Shown here piece by piece: positions 1-9,819 of a stretch of 64,000 nt of DNA. Source of the DNA: a virus; IMG/VR virus record IMGVR_UViG_3300050119_000104, positions 1 to 64,000 of that record. The stretch is one strand, 5' to 3'. Under the pieces are notes generated by a model, which worked only from the letters and a program-made list of their open reading frames with translations, was not told the DNA's origin and ran no database searches. The position numbers were made by a program, and so were the translations under genes. Each line of letters opens with the position of its first letter. Positions within the stretch are counted from its first letter, which is position 1.

Positions 1-45
1 CGGCCCCGGCGCCGCTTGGTGGCGCCCCCCGCGGCTCAGACCCTG

Positions 46-522
46 TTAGCCGATGCCGAGATCGTCGTCGGCAGGCTTTGTAACTCCACCACCTTCGCCG
101 CTCGCGAGCGCACTTTCGCAACCCTCGAACACAGCGTCGTAGAATTCCGGTTTCAGATTGTTGAAGCTGGTCGCGCCGCCAGCATTTTCGGTGAGGATAT
201 CGATTGCACTTTGCTTGCCGAGTCCGGCCGTAGTCGCGACCTTGCGAAGCATATCGCGTACCTGATCCTGCGTGTGCTTGCCGCCTGGACCTTTCGTATG
301 GCCGCCGGGAGTCGCCGGGGGCTTGATAGCGAGCGCAGGTCGCCCAGCCTTGGCAGGTGCGGCCGCTGCTGCGGGCTTGGTCGCAGGCGCGGGTGCTGCC
401 GCCGCTGCGGGCTTGGTAGCTGCTGCGGGCTTTCCTCCAACCGCATCGAGAACTTTTGCGAGCGGGCCGTTCTTAGCGATGGCTTCGAGAGCCGTTGCAA
501 TTCGTTCTAAGTGAGCATCCAT
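46..522 (-). CDS. Hypothetical phage protein with Ala/Pro/Lys-rich linker
   Basis: ORF 46..591; preferred start ATG at 522 after AAGGAAG; TTGACA promoter-like site near 605-610 on the minus strand. Confidence 0.6.
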   Translation of the reverse strand: MDAHLERIATALEAIAKNGPLAKVLDAVGGKPAAATKPAAAAAPAPATKPAAAAAPAKAGRPALAIKPPATPGGHTKGPGGKHTQDQVRDMLRKVATTAGLGKQSAIDILTENAGGATSFNNLKPEFYDAVFEGCESALASGEGGGVTKPADDDLGIG

Positions 523-868
523 TGGGGACTTCCTTTTCTTTTTCGGTGACGGGTGTTCTGAGCAGGCCGTTTGAAGCATTGTCCATACCAACGCATCGGC
601 GGCAGTGTCAAGTAGGAATTACCGATGGCGGCCGACTGAATTCCTTTTTTAGGAATTCTTTTTTAGATTGAACTAGCTCGGAGTGAGACGCGAATGGCAG
701 TAATGATGCCGACGATCACCATCACATACGCTACTAATAGATGTGCAGGAAGTGTTTTCATACTAAAAGCTCTCTACCCGGTTTATCTGCTCGGTGTCAA
801 CTGCGATATTCGCTTGTGTAGCCTGGGCATACCTGATAAAAGCCGCACCTCCCCGCCGGAGATTTTTC

Positions 869-3295
869 ATGAAGCTCATTGACGCTGCACTCGATTATGG
901 GAAACAAGGTTGGAGGATTTTCCCAATTGTCCCCGGCCGAAAAGATGAGCCTCTCGTAAAATGGGGAACCGAAGCCACTAACAGCATCGATCAAATTCAA
1001 AAATGGTGGACCAGATTTCCGAACGCCAACATCGGCGTTGCCTGCGGTCAGTGCGGAATTTTTGTTGTCGATGTGGATATCAAAGACGGCAGGAACGGCA
1101 AGCGCACACTCGATGCGCTCGAACAAGCCGGTTTCAAATTATCCGAGACACGTTTTCAACGCACCCCTTCGGGCGGACTGCAATATGTTTTCCAAGGCGA
1201 CGGGCCATCGACTCAGAATATCATCGGCGCTTCGCTTTACGCCGGCACAGAGATTTCCCACATCGATACCAAAGGCGGCGGCGGCAACTACGGCGGCTAC
1301 GTCTTGCTGCCGCCTTCCCGGACATTAGACAATCCAGCGCGGCACACCAAAGCTGGAATGTACGAATGGAAGAACGGCGCAAACCACGCACTCGCGCCAA
1401 TCGATAAGTGGGTGCTCGATATGGTGGGCGAGCGCAAGATCGAGCGCACCGACAACTCAGCCGCGCCTGTCATCCGTATGGATCAGGAGAGCAACGAAGA
1501 ATGGTACATCGATTATCTCAAGAATGATGCGCCGTATTCAATCGAGTTTCAGTATGGCGAAGGGACGCTGTTACAAGTCGCCGCCAAGGGTAAGGATAGA
1601 GGACTCACCGAAGATGTGACGCTCGATCTCATTGATACCTACTACAACAAAGACATTTTAGACGGCGGCCGTTGTTGCCCGCCGTGGGACTATAACGGGC
1701 CCCCGAATAATTCTCTCAGAGTCAAGGTCCACAACGCCTACCTCTATTGCAATGAGACTGCGCCGGGCAGCGATACCCCGGAAGCTGAATTCGCCGATGC
1801 GGAAGTGCCCGACTTAGCCGGTCTAAGGAAGGCGGACGCAAAAGCCAAAGCCGATCTAAACAACCACGAAGCTGCTGAGAAAAATGACACCCTCGGGCGC
1901 GAACCCTGGGATACGGATGACGACGAGCCGACCGCCCCTCCTTTGACACCGCCGACGCGTGAGCCGTGGGATGACGCGACCACTCCACCGCCGCCAAAAC
2001 CAACGCGCGAGACATTCGAAAACTTATGCATCGATTGGGTCTACCTCACGATGATTGATCGGTTCGTAGAGCGAAAAAACCTCGACATGATCCTGAAAAG
2101 GGAAGTGTTCGATCAGCGCTATGATTACGCCAAGCCGGGTAAATCCACAAAAATTTCAAAAGTGATATTTGGTCGCTTCAACAATACGATGCCGAAACTC
2201 GATAAGCCGGTGTTCGTTCCGGGTGGAGATGAATTCATGGGCAAGACCTACAATTATTGGAGACCCTCGGAAGTCGTTGCGGCAGAGGGGGATGTGACAC
2301 TCTGGAACGCGCACCTTGAATATCTTTTTCCCGATCCTATCGCACGCGGTCACGTGCTGAATTGGTGCGCATGGCTCATCCAAAACATCAGCCTCAAGCC
2401 CAAGCATGCACTGCTCATCGTTGGCCACATGCCTGGGACGGGCAAGAGCTTCATCGCCGACGTACTCAGTCTGATCATCGGCAAGAAAAACGTCGCGCCA
2501 CTCGGGCACGCTGAGCTCGGCAGCACGTTCAATCGGTGGGCGCTCGGTTCAAAATTGCTCTTGATCGAGGAACTGCGCGCACTCGATAAGCGCGAGGTGG
2601 CGCATAAACTCCATCCGATCATCACGCAAGAAGAAATCCCGATCAACGATAAAGGTGTCGCAACATTCAAAGCCGATAATTGCTTTGGAATTTTCGCGAT
2701 GACAAACCACGAGGCGGCAATCCCACTCGACGACGGCGACCGGCGCTATCTGGTCGAACGCACCGATGCGGTACCCCGTGACGCGGCCTATTACATGGCC
2801 CTGTACATGATCCTGAAACAACCCGCAGCGCTCGCCGCCATCGCCTACGATTTGGAGCACCGCGATCTCGGCGCTTACGATGCGCGCCAGCGTGCGCCTG
2901 AAACTCAAGCCAAGCTCGATATGATCGAGTCTAGCCAAACCGATCTCGACTCATTCCTAATTTCCGAGATCGGCAACCCGCCGTTTGACCGCGATCTCAT
3001 TTGCATCCACGACGATATCATCCCGGTCATCCCGCCACGACTCATGCGCAGCGGTCCGAACGCCGGTCTGACGCGGGCAATAGCGAGCTTCCTGCGGCAT
3101 CGGCTTCGGGGCTTCCAGTTCGACCATCAGCATGTCCTCTCTGGGGGCAGGCGAGTCCGCCTGTGGTGCCTCCACGGCAAGCAGGGCATCCTCACGAAAT
3201 TGCAGCCCCACGAGCGAGTCAGGCTCTATGAAGCCCGTGGGGCCGTCGAGCGAAAGACCGCCGACGCCAAGGTCGCGGAAGATTTTGAAAGCTAA
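869..3295 (+). CDS. Bifunctional primase-polymerase fused to a D5/SF3-like NTPase-helicase
   Basis: N-terminal Prim-Pol motifs (GWRIFP, NIGVACG, VVDVD, RTPSGGLQYVF, GGYVLLPPS); C-terminal Walker A GHMPGTGKS, Walker B LLLIEE, MTNH and DRRY; GGAG RBS before ATG 869. Confidence 0.9.
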   Translation: MKLIDAALDYGKQGWRIFPIVPGRKDEPLVKWGTEATNSIDQIQKWWTRFPNANIGVACGQCGIFVVDVDIKDGRNGKRTLDALEQAGFKLSETRFQRTPSGGLQYVFQGDGPSTQNIIGASLYAGTEISHIDTKGGGGNYGGYVLLPPSRTLDNPARHTKAGMYEWKNGANHALAPIDKWVLDMVGERKIERTDNSAAPVIRMDQESNEEWYIDYLKNDAPYSIEFQYGEGTLLQVAAKGKDRGLTEDVTLDLIDTYYNKDILDGGRCCPPWDYNGPPNNSLRVKVHNAYLYCNETAPGSDTPEAEFADAEVPDLAGLRKADAKAKADLNNHEAAEKNDTLGREPWDTDDDEPTAPPLTPPTREPWDDATTPPPPKPTRETFENLCIDWVYLTMIDRFVERKNLDMILKREVFDQRYDYAKPGKSTKISKVIFGRFNNTMPKLDKPVFVPGGDEFMGKTYNYWRPSEVVAAEGDVTLWNAHLEYLFPDPIARGHVLNWCAWLIQNISLKPKHALLIVGHMPGTGKSFIADVLSLIIGKKNVAPLGHAELGSTFNRWALGSKLLLIEELRALDKREVAHKLHPIITQEEIPINDKGVATFKADNCFGIFAMTNHEAAIPLDDGDRRYLVERTDAVPRDAAYYMALYMILKQPAALAAIAYDLEHRDLGAYDARQRAPETQAKLDMIESSQTDLDSFLISEIGNPPFDRDLICIHDDIIPVIPPRLMRSGPNAGLTRAIASFLRHRLRGFQFDHQHVLSGGRRVRLWCLHGKQGILTKLQPHERVRLYEARGAVERKTADAKVAEDFES

Positions 3296-3369
3296 AGTCC
3301 GAGCACGCGGTCAATTACGATGCTGGCACGCTCACATGCCCGAAGGCTCCTGAAAATTTGGATCGCGAT

Positions 3370-3831
3370 CTAATCCACGCATCCCGGCGGACGGGGCTGC
3401 CCTCGGTCGTCCCAAGGCTCAAGCTCGTTGTCGTCCATGAGAGCCGGATCGTAAATCCAAATCTTCGCATCAGACAACGTGTCCCGCCAAATCGGTTTGC
3501 CATTCTTCTTGCCAGCAAGGATGTGGCTTATGACTCGCGTGCTGGTTTGATAGGTGGCCGATAAGGTTCGATCTGAAATAACAACGCTCTTCGCGAGCGC
3601 TGCAAACTTCTCCCGGCCGACCTGAATTATAGTTGTTCGGAGAGGATCACCATGCCGCGCACGAGCGACAGGATATTTGGAGGTGCGCCGGTACATTGCG
3701 TCAGCAATTTCGCGAAGATCATCTACAATATCTGTGAGATCGACCAACGCACCGATTTGAATTCGATGTATCACGTCTCGGAGTTGCTCGCGCAACTCAG
3801 GAGTGGTCGGCTTTACTTCAACATCGGTCAT
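3370..3831 (-). CDS. Hypothetical protein
   Basis: 153-aa ORF overlapping the upstream ORF in an operon-like arrangement. Confidence 0.5.
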   Translation of the reverse strand: MTDVEVKPTTPELREQLRDVIHRIQIGALVDLTDIVDDLREIADAMYRRTSKYPVARARHGDPLRTTIIQVGREKFAALAKSVVISDRTLSATYQTSTRVISHILAGKKNGKPIWRDTLSDAKIWIYDPALMDDNELEPWDDRGQPRPPGCVD

Positions 3832-4019
3832 TTCGAGAAAACACCCGAGAGGCCAAGTGATTTTGCAGCAGCCGCGAATTGATGACGATGGTAATATCCT
3901 TCGGCGTCTGGTTCGATGCCGAGCCCCTTTAAGATACGCCCCACATCGCTTTTAACAGGATCGCGTCCGTAGAGTCGGCGAAAAGTCGCAACGAAAGTTT
4001 CTCTTTTTTCCTTGGCCAT
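3828..4019 (-). CDS. Hypothetical protein
   Basis: 63-aa ORF tightly coupled to neighbours. Confidence 0.4.
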   Translation of the reverse strand: MAKEKRETFVATFRRLYGRDPVKSDVGRILKGLGIEPDAEGYYHRHQFAAAAKSLGLSGVFSK

Positions 4020-4020
4020 T

Positions 4021-5079
4021 TTAATCGCTCACATTCTTTGACCAAAAAGTCGTCATATTAATTCGGACCCAATGATCGAGTGTTGAACTATAGCTACCTT
4101 GAACCTCGGCGGTTCTGCGTCGTATATCCGCATCAGAGACTCGGCTGATAGCGTACAGCGTCCATTCGAGCACCGACCGCGTAACCTCGCGACTGCCACC
4201 AGTTTTCTTAGTCTCTAGCTTCACTTGATGCCACAAGGCAATCCACGGCAATTCGGTGTTGCCTGAACCAAGGCTCATGTAATACATCTTTATGAAAAAA
4301 CGCGCTCGCTCCGGGTCGGCGCGAAGATACACTAAGAATGCAGCTAGGAGACCAGCGTTAGTGCGTGGCTTCGCCATCCCCGCTTTCAGCCCTACATAGT
4401 CAATGACTAGTTGGTCGTCCACGTCCTTCATTTCGCGCTTCCAATAGCCTGTAAGCCCGAGCTTATCGCGCGTCGTGGCTTTATGATCCAAACCTTGCCG
4501 AACACCATCTGCAAAATCGAGTGCGGATGTGTAGCGCCCTCCGGCGAATAGGGCTGATTTGCCCTTGAAACCAGAAAGCGTCTGCGCGCCAAAGAGCACG
4601 TCGGACGCCTGCTTCGCCGCCAATTTGCTGTTGTAGGACCCGTATAGGCGGGCCGCTTGCGCATCTTGATCCCGCCGCGTGCCATGCCCTTGGAATGCTT
4701 TGCCTGAGCAATTCGGCGGCAACGTGATATCGCCTTTATGATGCATGAGGACAGTTGTGTTGCCGTCGATCAACTCTTCTTCCCCCGTCGAACGACCATG
4801 GTTGTCTGTGTATTGAAACACTACGAAATCGTGACCGATTGTTGGGTTCAGACAATCATATTCAGGACTGCGCAATTGATCCTGACGATGGTCCTCAGTA
4901 TCGCGCTGCCCTTTGTAGGCGGGGAGACTGAGAAAATACTCGCGTGGCTTTTGAAGTGTAACCACCACGAGCAAGACGCCCGCGACCGGAGCCGGGCCGT
5001 CGTGTCGTACTGGATTTGAAAATACCGGCTTAGAGAAGTCGGGGACAAACAATTTCCGCGCACGTGATGCCTTAGACAT
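4021..5079 (-). CDS. Hypothetical protein, possibly ParB-like N-terminal region
   Basis: Long ORF; GGAAAAGGA before ATG 5079; LIDGNT resembles the ParB-like DGxxR strand (weak). Confidence 0.55.
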   Translation of the reverse strand: MSKASRARKLFVPDFSKPVFSNPVRHDGPAPVAGVLLVVVTLQKPREYFLSLPAYKGQRDTEDHRQDQLRSPEYDCLNPTIGHDFVVFQYTDNHGRSTGEEELIDGNTTVLMHHKGDITLPPNCSGKAFQGHGTRRDQDAQAARLYGSYNSKLAAKQASDVLFGAQTLSGFKGKSALFAGGRYTSALDFADGVRQGLDHKATTRDKLGLTGYWKREMKDVDDQLVIDYVGLKAGMAKPRTNAGLLAAFLVYLRADPERARFFIKMYYMSLGSGNTELPWIALWHQVKLETKKTGGSREVTRSVLEWTLYAISRVSDADIRRRTAEVQGSYSSTLDHWVRINMTTFWSKNVSD

Positions 5080-5242
5080 TTGAGTCTTTCCTTTTCCAAA
5101 ACCGAACGTAACGGCTCCGGGGGCGGTTTTCAAGCGCCTCTTTTGAACAAGGTTAAGAGAAGATCATGCACGAGCGCCATCATCCCGTGATTGACGATTA
5201 CGCGTCATTTGAATGCCGCGCTCATTGAAACTCTGTTCAATC

Positions 5243-6103
5243 TCATGCGGGGTCCAACCTTTTCGGCGCAACTCCCGCGCTTCCGATCATGTCAGCCTTG
5301 CTCCGTTTTCTCAGACGTTGTTGTATTGCAGCATAGCGTTGAGTTGGCATGCTATCGATATGCGAGCCCTGTTGCGGCTTGGCGGACGCGGCAGAGCCGG
5401 GGTCCCAAGCATCTTTTATGTGATGCGGGCCAGAAGCAATCGGCAGTGTTGGCTTGCGGAACGACGCATGGATATGGGCTTGGGGATTATTTGGTCCAAA
5501 CACATACACTCCCGAACCAAGCGTGAGCCGCTTGACCTGCTCCGTGGCTTCCGCCAAAACTTGCCGACCGTATTTCTCCATGGTCTCAAGCTGCATGCGA
5601 ACCAAATCCATCGGTTGCAGTATCCGACGTAAATCGGCTGGCGTTATATTAGCGAGCGCAGGAAGGGTGAAATCTACGGACCTAAGAAGTCGTTCGCTTT
5701 CCTTTTGCAGATGCTTCGCCAAGCTCGACATCTTTGCGGTATTTTTGTTCACGACGATGGCACGCTCAGGAGTCGCAAGCTCGTATGTGCCAAGCGCAAC
5801 ACGCCGGATCGTAAACGCCGGGTCGTGTGCAGGGCCCCCATTTTTCAGGGTGCCAACCAACTCCCCGCGCATCGAAGTAGTTGCGCGCCAACGAGCCCCA
5901 CGCTTATCGGCTCGACCAGATGGCGCTATGTAATGGTGGGGATGGTCCTCGGGAAGTGTAGCAGCAAAATCGTTGATCTCGACTGCTTGCCCAAACGGCT
6001 CGACCTTGCCGCGCTGCGACGCGAACACGAAGAAACGGTGCGCAAGGTCCGTAGTTGCTTCGCCCGATAATCTTGTGTGGGCGCACAATAAAAAATGTAA
6101 CAA
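5243..6103 (-). CDS. Hypothetical protein
   Basis: 286-aa ORF co-oriented with the block; no motif recognised. Confidence 0.4.
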   Translation of the reverse strand: MLHFLLCAHTRLSGEATTDLAHRFFVFASQRGKVEPFGQAVEINDFAATLPEDHPHHYIAPSGRADKRGARWRATTSMRGELVGTLKNGGPAHDPAFTIRRVALGTYELATPERAIVVNKNTAKMSSLAKHLQKESERLLRSVDFTLPALANITPADLRRILQPMDLVRMQLETMEKYGRQVLAEATEQVKRLTLGSGVYVFGPNNPQAHIHASFRKPTLPIASGPHHIKDAWDPGSAASAKPQQGSHIDSMPTQRYAAIQQRLRKRSKADMIGSAGVAPKRLDPA

Positions 6104-6527
6104 GGCCGTCGAACTTCCACCCGCGCAATGGCCACATCAATCGGAGATCGCGGACTGTCGAGAGTCGGCCTGAGCCACCATCCAATGTCGAACTTCAAAC
6201 TCGGTTAACAGTTCGTTTCCGCTCATGGTCCACAACCCGGCGGCAAGTGATGCGTGATGATGGTGGTGATGGTTGTGCCCATAGCCACTACCTGCGGCGC
6301 CCACCCAAGTGGAAGTCAATCAGGCCCTCGAACAACGGATCATGTGTAAGAACATCCGCCAGCGGCAGTGCTTCGCGCACGCACGGCGGCAATAGACACT
6401 CGTCATCGCAAGCTTCCCGATAGCTCATTTCAAACTCGTAATGCATCGAGAAATCAAAACGGGATCGGTTCGTCATCTGTGTACACGGGTCGCGGTTTGT
6501 TTTGATAAATAATCCAGTTGCGCATGG

Positions 6528-6770
6528 CGTGCTTATCCGGTTGACACCCACAAAGGGTGACACGATCCGGTATTCCTCTACAGGACGCAGAGCACTCTGC
6601 GCGGCTCCCGAAGGAACCTTATTCATGACCCTTTTCAGCCTTTTGAACTGCCCCAATCGGGGTATTGGTCATGGAAACTCGATCTTACGTGTGCTTTCAA
6701 TCAGTCGAGAGCGATTGTCAAAACGAAGAAAAGCAAAATTTCAGGTAGCTGTCAAGCGTTGGGTGTCATC
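6528..6770 (-). mobile_element. Divergent copy of the IS1595-type MITE/omega-RNA-like cassette (copy A)
   Basis: TIR CGTGCTTATCCGGTTGACACCCAC at 6528; shares GCGCAGAGTGCTCTGCGTCCTGTAGAGG and the CTTGACAGC..AATTTTGCTTTTC block with the other copies; far TIR degenerate. Confidence 0.85.
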
Positions 6771-6842
6771 GTTTGATATCTTCTTCGCTTCCCGGGAGCC
6801 TCTGATACGGCGGATGGCGGTTCTCATATAGCATCCTTCGAC

Positions 6843-7364
6843 TCACTCGAAGTGCACATCTTTTTCTTCGGTGTCCAGCCAAATTTCCTCACGGATAAGT
6901 TCGCAGGCTTTCTCGGACTTCCAGTAGTCGGCGACAATCTGACCGGTGGCCATAGGCTCGGCGAGCGCCTCGTACCAGTAGGCGACGCGCAAATGGCCCT
7001 TCGAAGATGCACGCTCGTTCTGCGCTTGTTGCAGCAGAAATTCTTTGGTGGCTTCGCCGAGCGGCAGACTGCCGATCATATATTTGGTGAATAGCTCGCG
7101 CGTGGCTTCGGCGGCTTTACGCAGCGACGATTTGGATCGCCGTACACTGCCGTATGTTTTGCCTTTGACAAGTGTCTTGCTGATAACGCGGTGACGGAGA
7201 GTGCGCCGCACAGCAGCGTTCGCTTTTGCGTGGATGTGTTCGAGGCCGACCGTAATCACGTAGATGGCGCGGTCTTTAGAGCCACGATAGATTTTCTCGG
7301 CAGCATTTCGGATGTCGATACTGTCGGCGATCACTTGTAGAACATCATCTTTCATCGAGGCCAT
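6843..7364 (-). CDS. Hypothetical protein directly downstream of the TIGR-like array
   Basis: 173-aa ORF with AAGGAAG RBS; starts about 20 nt after the last array repeat. Confidence 0.65.
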   Translation of the reverse strand: MASMKDDVLQVIADSIDIRNAAEKIYRGSKDRAIYVITVGLEHIHAKANAAVRRTLRHRVISKTLVKGKTYGSVRRSKSSLRKAAEATRELFTKYMIGSLPLGEATKEFLLQQAQNERASSKGHLRVAYWYEALAEPMATGQIVADYWKSEKACELIREEIWLDTEEKDVHFE

Positions 7365-7386
7365 GGGGAACTTCCTTTTTATCAGT

Positions 7387-7759
7387 CGGTACTCTCAACA
7401 TGCACGGCTCGCTCTCGAGCTTCGGTACTCTCTCAGCTTTCGGCTCGCTCCACGACTTCGGTACTCTCCGCGTTCTCGGCTCGCTCTCTGTTTTCGGTAC
7501 TCTCCGTGTTTTCGGCTCGCTCCACGACTTCGGTACTCTCCGCGGTCTCGGCTCGCTCCACGACTTCGGTACTCTCCGCGTTCACGGCTCGCTCTTTGTT
7601 CATCGGTACTCTCGGCGGGCTGCGGCTCGCTCTCGTGCCTCGGTACTCTCACTCCTAGACGGCTCGCTCCTGACTTCCGGTACTCTCCCTGTGCTCGGCT
7701 CGCTCACGGTCCTCGGTACTCTCTCGCGTCCCGGCTCGCTCTTGGTTCATCGGTACTCT
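7387..7759 (-). repeat. TIGR-like dual-repeat array (AGCGAGCCG / AGAGTACCG alternating, 9-10-nt spacers)
   Basis: On + strand, 11 exact CGGTACTCT and 10 exact CGGCTCGCT alternate strictly with 20 variable 9-10-nt spacers; unit 36-37 nt; directly downstream of a Nop/IS110-like gene. Confidence 0.85.
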
Positions 7760-7800
7760 CATAGACTGTCGGCTGTGAGATCGCGACCGGCGTAGTTTCG

Positions 7801-8171
7801 TTAGGCCGCCTTCTTAAGCTGACGACCGTAGTACGCCTTCTCGAATCCGGGGAACATATCCATGTTCGGGACGCGTATCTCATGTGCATGGCCAAGCACT
7901 GAGATTGCAAACGGCTTGGGAGGAACGACACCGAAGTACTGCCAATACCAAACAGCGTGCAGATGTGACAAGAAAATCTTGACCGCATAGCGTCCGGCCA
8001 TCTTGTCGAGGTACGCAGGCGGCACCTTACCTGCGGCAAGGAGCGCCTTGTTAGTCTTATCGGTGACACCCTTGTAGACCGCAGCCTTCTCAGCAAAGCC
8101 GCCGCGCTCGTTGCGCGCGACGTATATTTCTTTCTTTGCTCGATAGAGCTTCCCGTAGAAGCTATCGGGAT
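7801..8171 (-). pseudogene. C-terminal part of the Tas-like (Nop/IS110 C-terminal domain) protein, separated by the IS1595 insertion
   Basis: DPDSFYGKLY...AGRYAVKIFLSHLHAVW continues in frame with the N-terminal part once the IS and one ATCCCGAT copy are removed. Confidence 0.8.
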
Positions 8172-8211
8172 CATGCTTATCCGGTTTGAACATACATCCC
8201 CCAAAGGTTGA

Positions 8212-9255
8212 TTAGTCATGATGGGTTTCCATCGTCGGATGCTTCCAAGTTCCCTCGTAAATCCCGGCATAGGTCGGGCCTTCGCCGTTGGTCCCGATGC
8301 CGAGCAGCGAGCGGAAGGCGTTGAACGGGTAGAAGCGCCGGTTAAAGCGGAACGTGAACTCATTGAGGTAGGCTTGCAGATGTTGCGGCTCGACGCGCCC
8401 GTGGTGCGTGCCCTGCAACCACGCCTTGAGGTTCGAAAACACAAGGTGGACGATGGGCAGAAATTCCTCAGCGACTTCCGGGTTTCCGGCTTCGACAACC
8501 GGCAGATGGGCGTAGCCGCTCATGCCGAGCTTGTTATAGGCCGGTGCCGCGTCCGTGATGACTATCGCGCCCGGCTCGACGGCCTGTTCCACAAAGCCAA
8601 CCAGAGACTTAGCGGATCGGTCAGGAACGATTTCCAGCCGCAGGCGGCCAGCGTAGCGCCCGCCGCGTCGCATGGGCTTATCGCCCTTCTTAGCCGGACG
8701 GGTGCGAACCTCAACAGCGGCAGATACGATAGTTTTATCATCAGCATGCGGGCCACGCCCTTCACCGCGCAGCATACCGCCGATGTAGGTTTCATCAACT
8801 TCGACATGATCGCCGCGCGCCAGATTGCTACCTATCCGGTCGCGGCCTTGTCGGACCATGCCAGCGCGCAGCTTATGCAGGATTTGGAACGCGGTTTCGT
8901 ATCGGGTAAGGCCAAGCTGGCGCTGGAACTGCACGGCAGACATGCCGGGTGTCATGCTCGAAACGAGATAGGCCGCCCAAAACCATACCGTCAGCGGCGT
9001 GTGCGTGCGCTGCATCACGGTATCGACCGTCAGCGACGTTTGCTTGCGGCAGACGCGACACGTCAGGACGCTGGTACGGGTCGCCATGCGGAACGGCTCG
9101 CCTTTTTCCTCGCAATGCGGACATACGAAACCCTTGGGCCACTTCGCGCCCTCCAAGTATCTGGCGCAAGCGGCGTCATCCTTGAACAACCGCTGGAAAT
9201 CTCTGAGAGATTTGGGGAAAGGCAAGTGTTCCCATTGGAGAATGTCGGGGGCCAT
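8212..9255 (-). CDS. IS1595-family DDE transposase
   Basis: N-terminal Zn ribbon CPHC..CRVC; VEVDETYIGG, VITD, VHLVFSNLK (D-D-H-K pattern of the ISSod11 group), YLNEFTFRFNRR. Confidence 0.95.
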   Translation of the reverse strand: MAPDILQWEHLPFPKSLRDFQRLFKDDAACARYLEGAKWPKGFVCPHCEEKGEPFRMATRTSVLTCRVCRKQTSLTVDTVMQRTHTPLTVWFWAAYLVSSMTPGMSAVQFQRQLGLTRYETAFQILHKLRAGMVRQGRDRIGSNLARGDHVEVDETYIGGMLRGEGRGPHADDKTIVSAAVEVRTRPAKKGDKPMRRGGRYAGRLRLEIVPDRSAKSLVGFVEQAVEPGAIVITDAAPAYNKLGMSGYAHLPVVEAGNPEVAEEFLPIVHLVFSNLKAWLQGTHHGRVEPQHLQAYLNEFTFRFNRRFYPFNAFRSLLGIGTNGEGPTYAGIYEGTWKHPTMETHHD

Positions 9256-9262
9256 AGCTTGC

Positions 9263-9448
9263 TCAACCCCTTTCCGCTGCTGGGAAAATTCCGTGCGGCC
9301 CAGTTCCCTCGTCAGTGGGCTTGGGCTCTGGGCGCTTTGGGCCAGGGATTACTCGTCGGCCATCTTCCGAGTACGTCGCAAGACAGTAGGGGCAGGTCCG
9401 CACAATCCCGGCCCAAAACGAATGTGAGTGAGTGCAAAGCCGGGTCAT
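9263..9448 (-). CDS. IS cargo gene, small Cys/His-containing protein
   Basis: 61-aa ORF coupled by ATGA overlap to the upstream cargo gene. Confidence 0.45.
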   Translation of the reverse strand: MTRLCTHSHSFWAGIVRTCPYCLATYSEDGRRVIPGPKRPEPKPTDEGTGPHGIFPAAERG

Positions 9449-9819
9449 GCCCCGACCCCAAATTGGGCATTATCGACCTTTGCCGCGCGAACGGCGTCCG
9501 GGGTGCGCTGCGCGTGCCAGTTCTTATCGAAGTCTTCCATTGCGGCTTCTGGCGTCTCACCGAAACCGCAGACGCCGCTCATGATGTCGTCGCCATAGAG
9601 GGCGCACCATTGGCTCCCGTCCGCATAGACGGAAGGCCGAAACAGGACAGCCGGGCGCTGCATTTCCCATGTGACGGTCATGAACTGATCGCGGATCATT
9701 ACTTGGGAGTGCGAAATATCAAAGGCTTGGTGCGCCGCCTCGCGGACAACCTCGCCAATATTGCCGCCGCTGATCCGGCTGCGAACCGCGTCATAGATTG
9801 CTTGGTAATTGTCGCTCAT
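9445..9819 (-). CDS. IS cargo gene, phage-type hypothetical with HicB-like C-terminal motif
   Basis: WCALYGDDIMSGVCGFGETPEAAMEDF resembles the HicB N-terminal G-T-EEA motif. Confidence 0.55.
   Translation of the reverse strand: MSDNYQAIYDAVRSRISGGNIGEVVREAAHQAFDISHSQVMIRDQFMTVTWEMQRPAVLFRPSVYADGSQWCALYGDDIMSGVCGFGETPEAAMEDFDKNWHAQRTPDAVRAAKVDNAQFGVGA

Noticed and set aside
7387-7759. CRISPR array
   Set aside because: Repeats are only 9 nt, two types alternate, spacers are 9-10 nt and no cas genes are present; TIGR architecture fits better
7312-7795. ORFs with FGTL/FGSL or RASR..EYR repeats as real proteins
   Set aside because: They are translations of the array; 10-nt spacers shift frame freely, so the peptide repeat is not maintained
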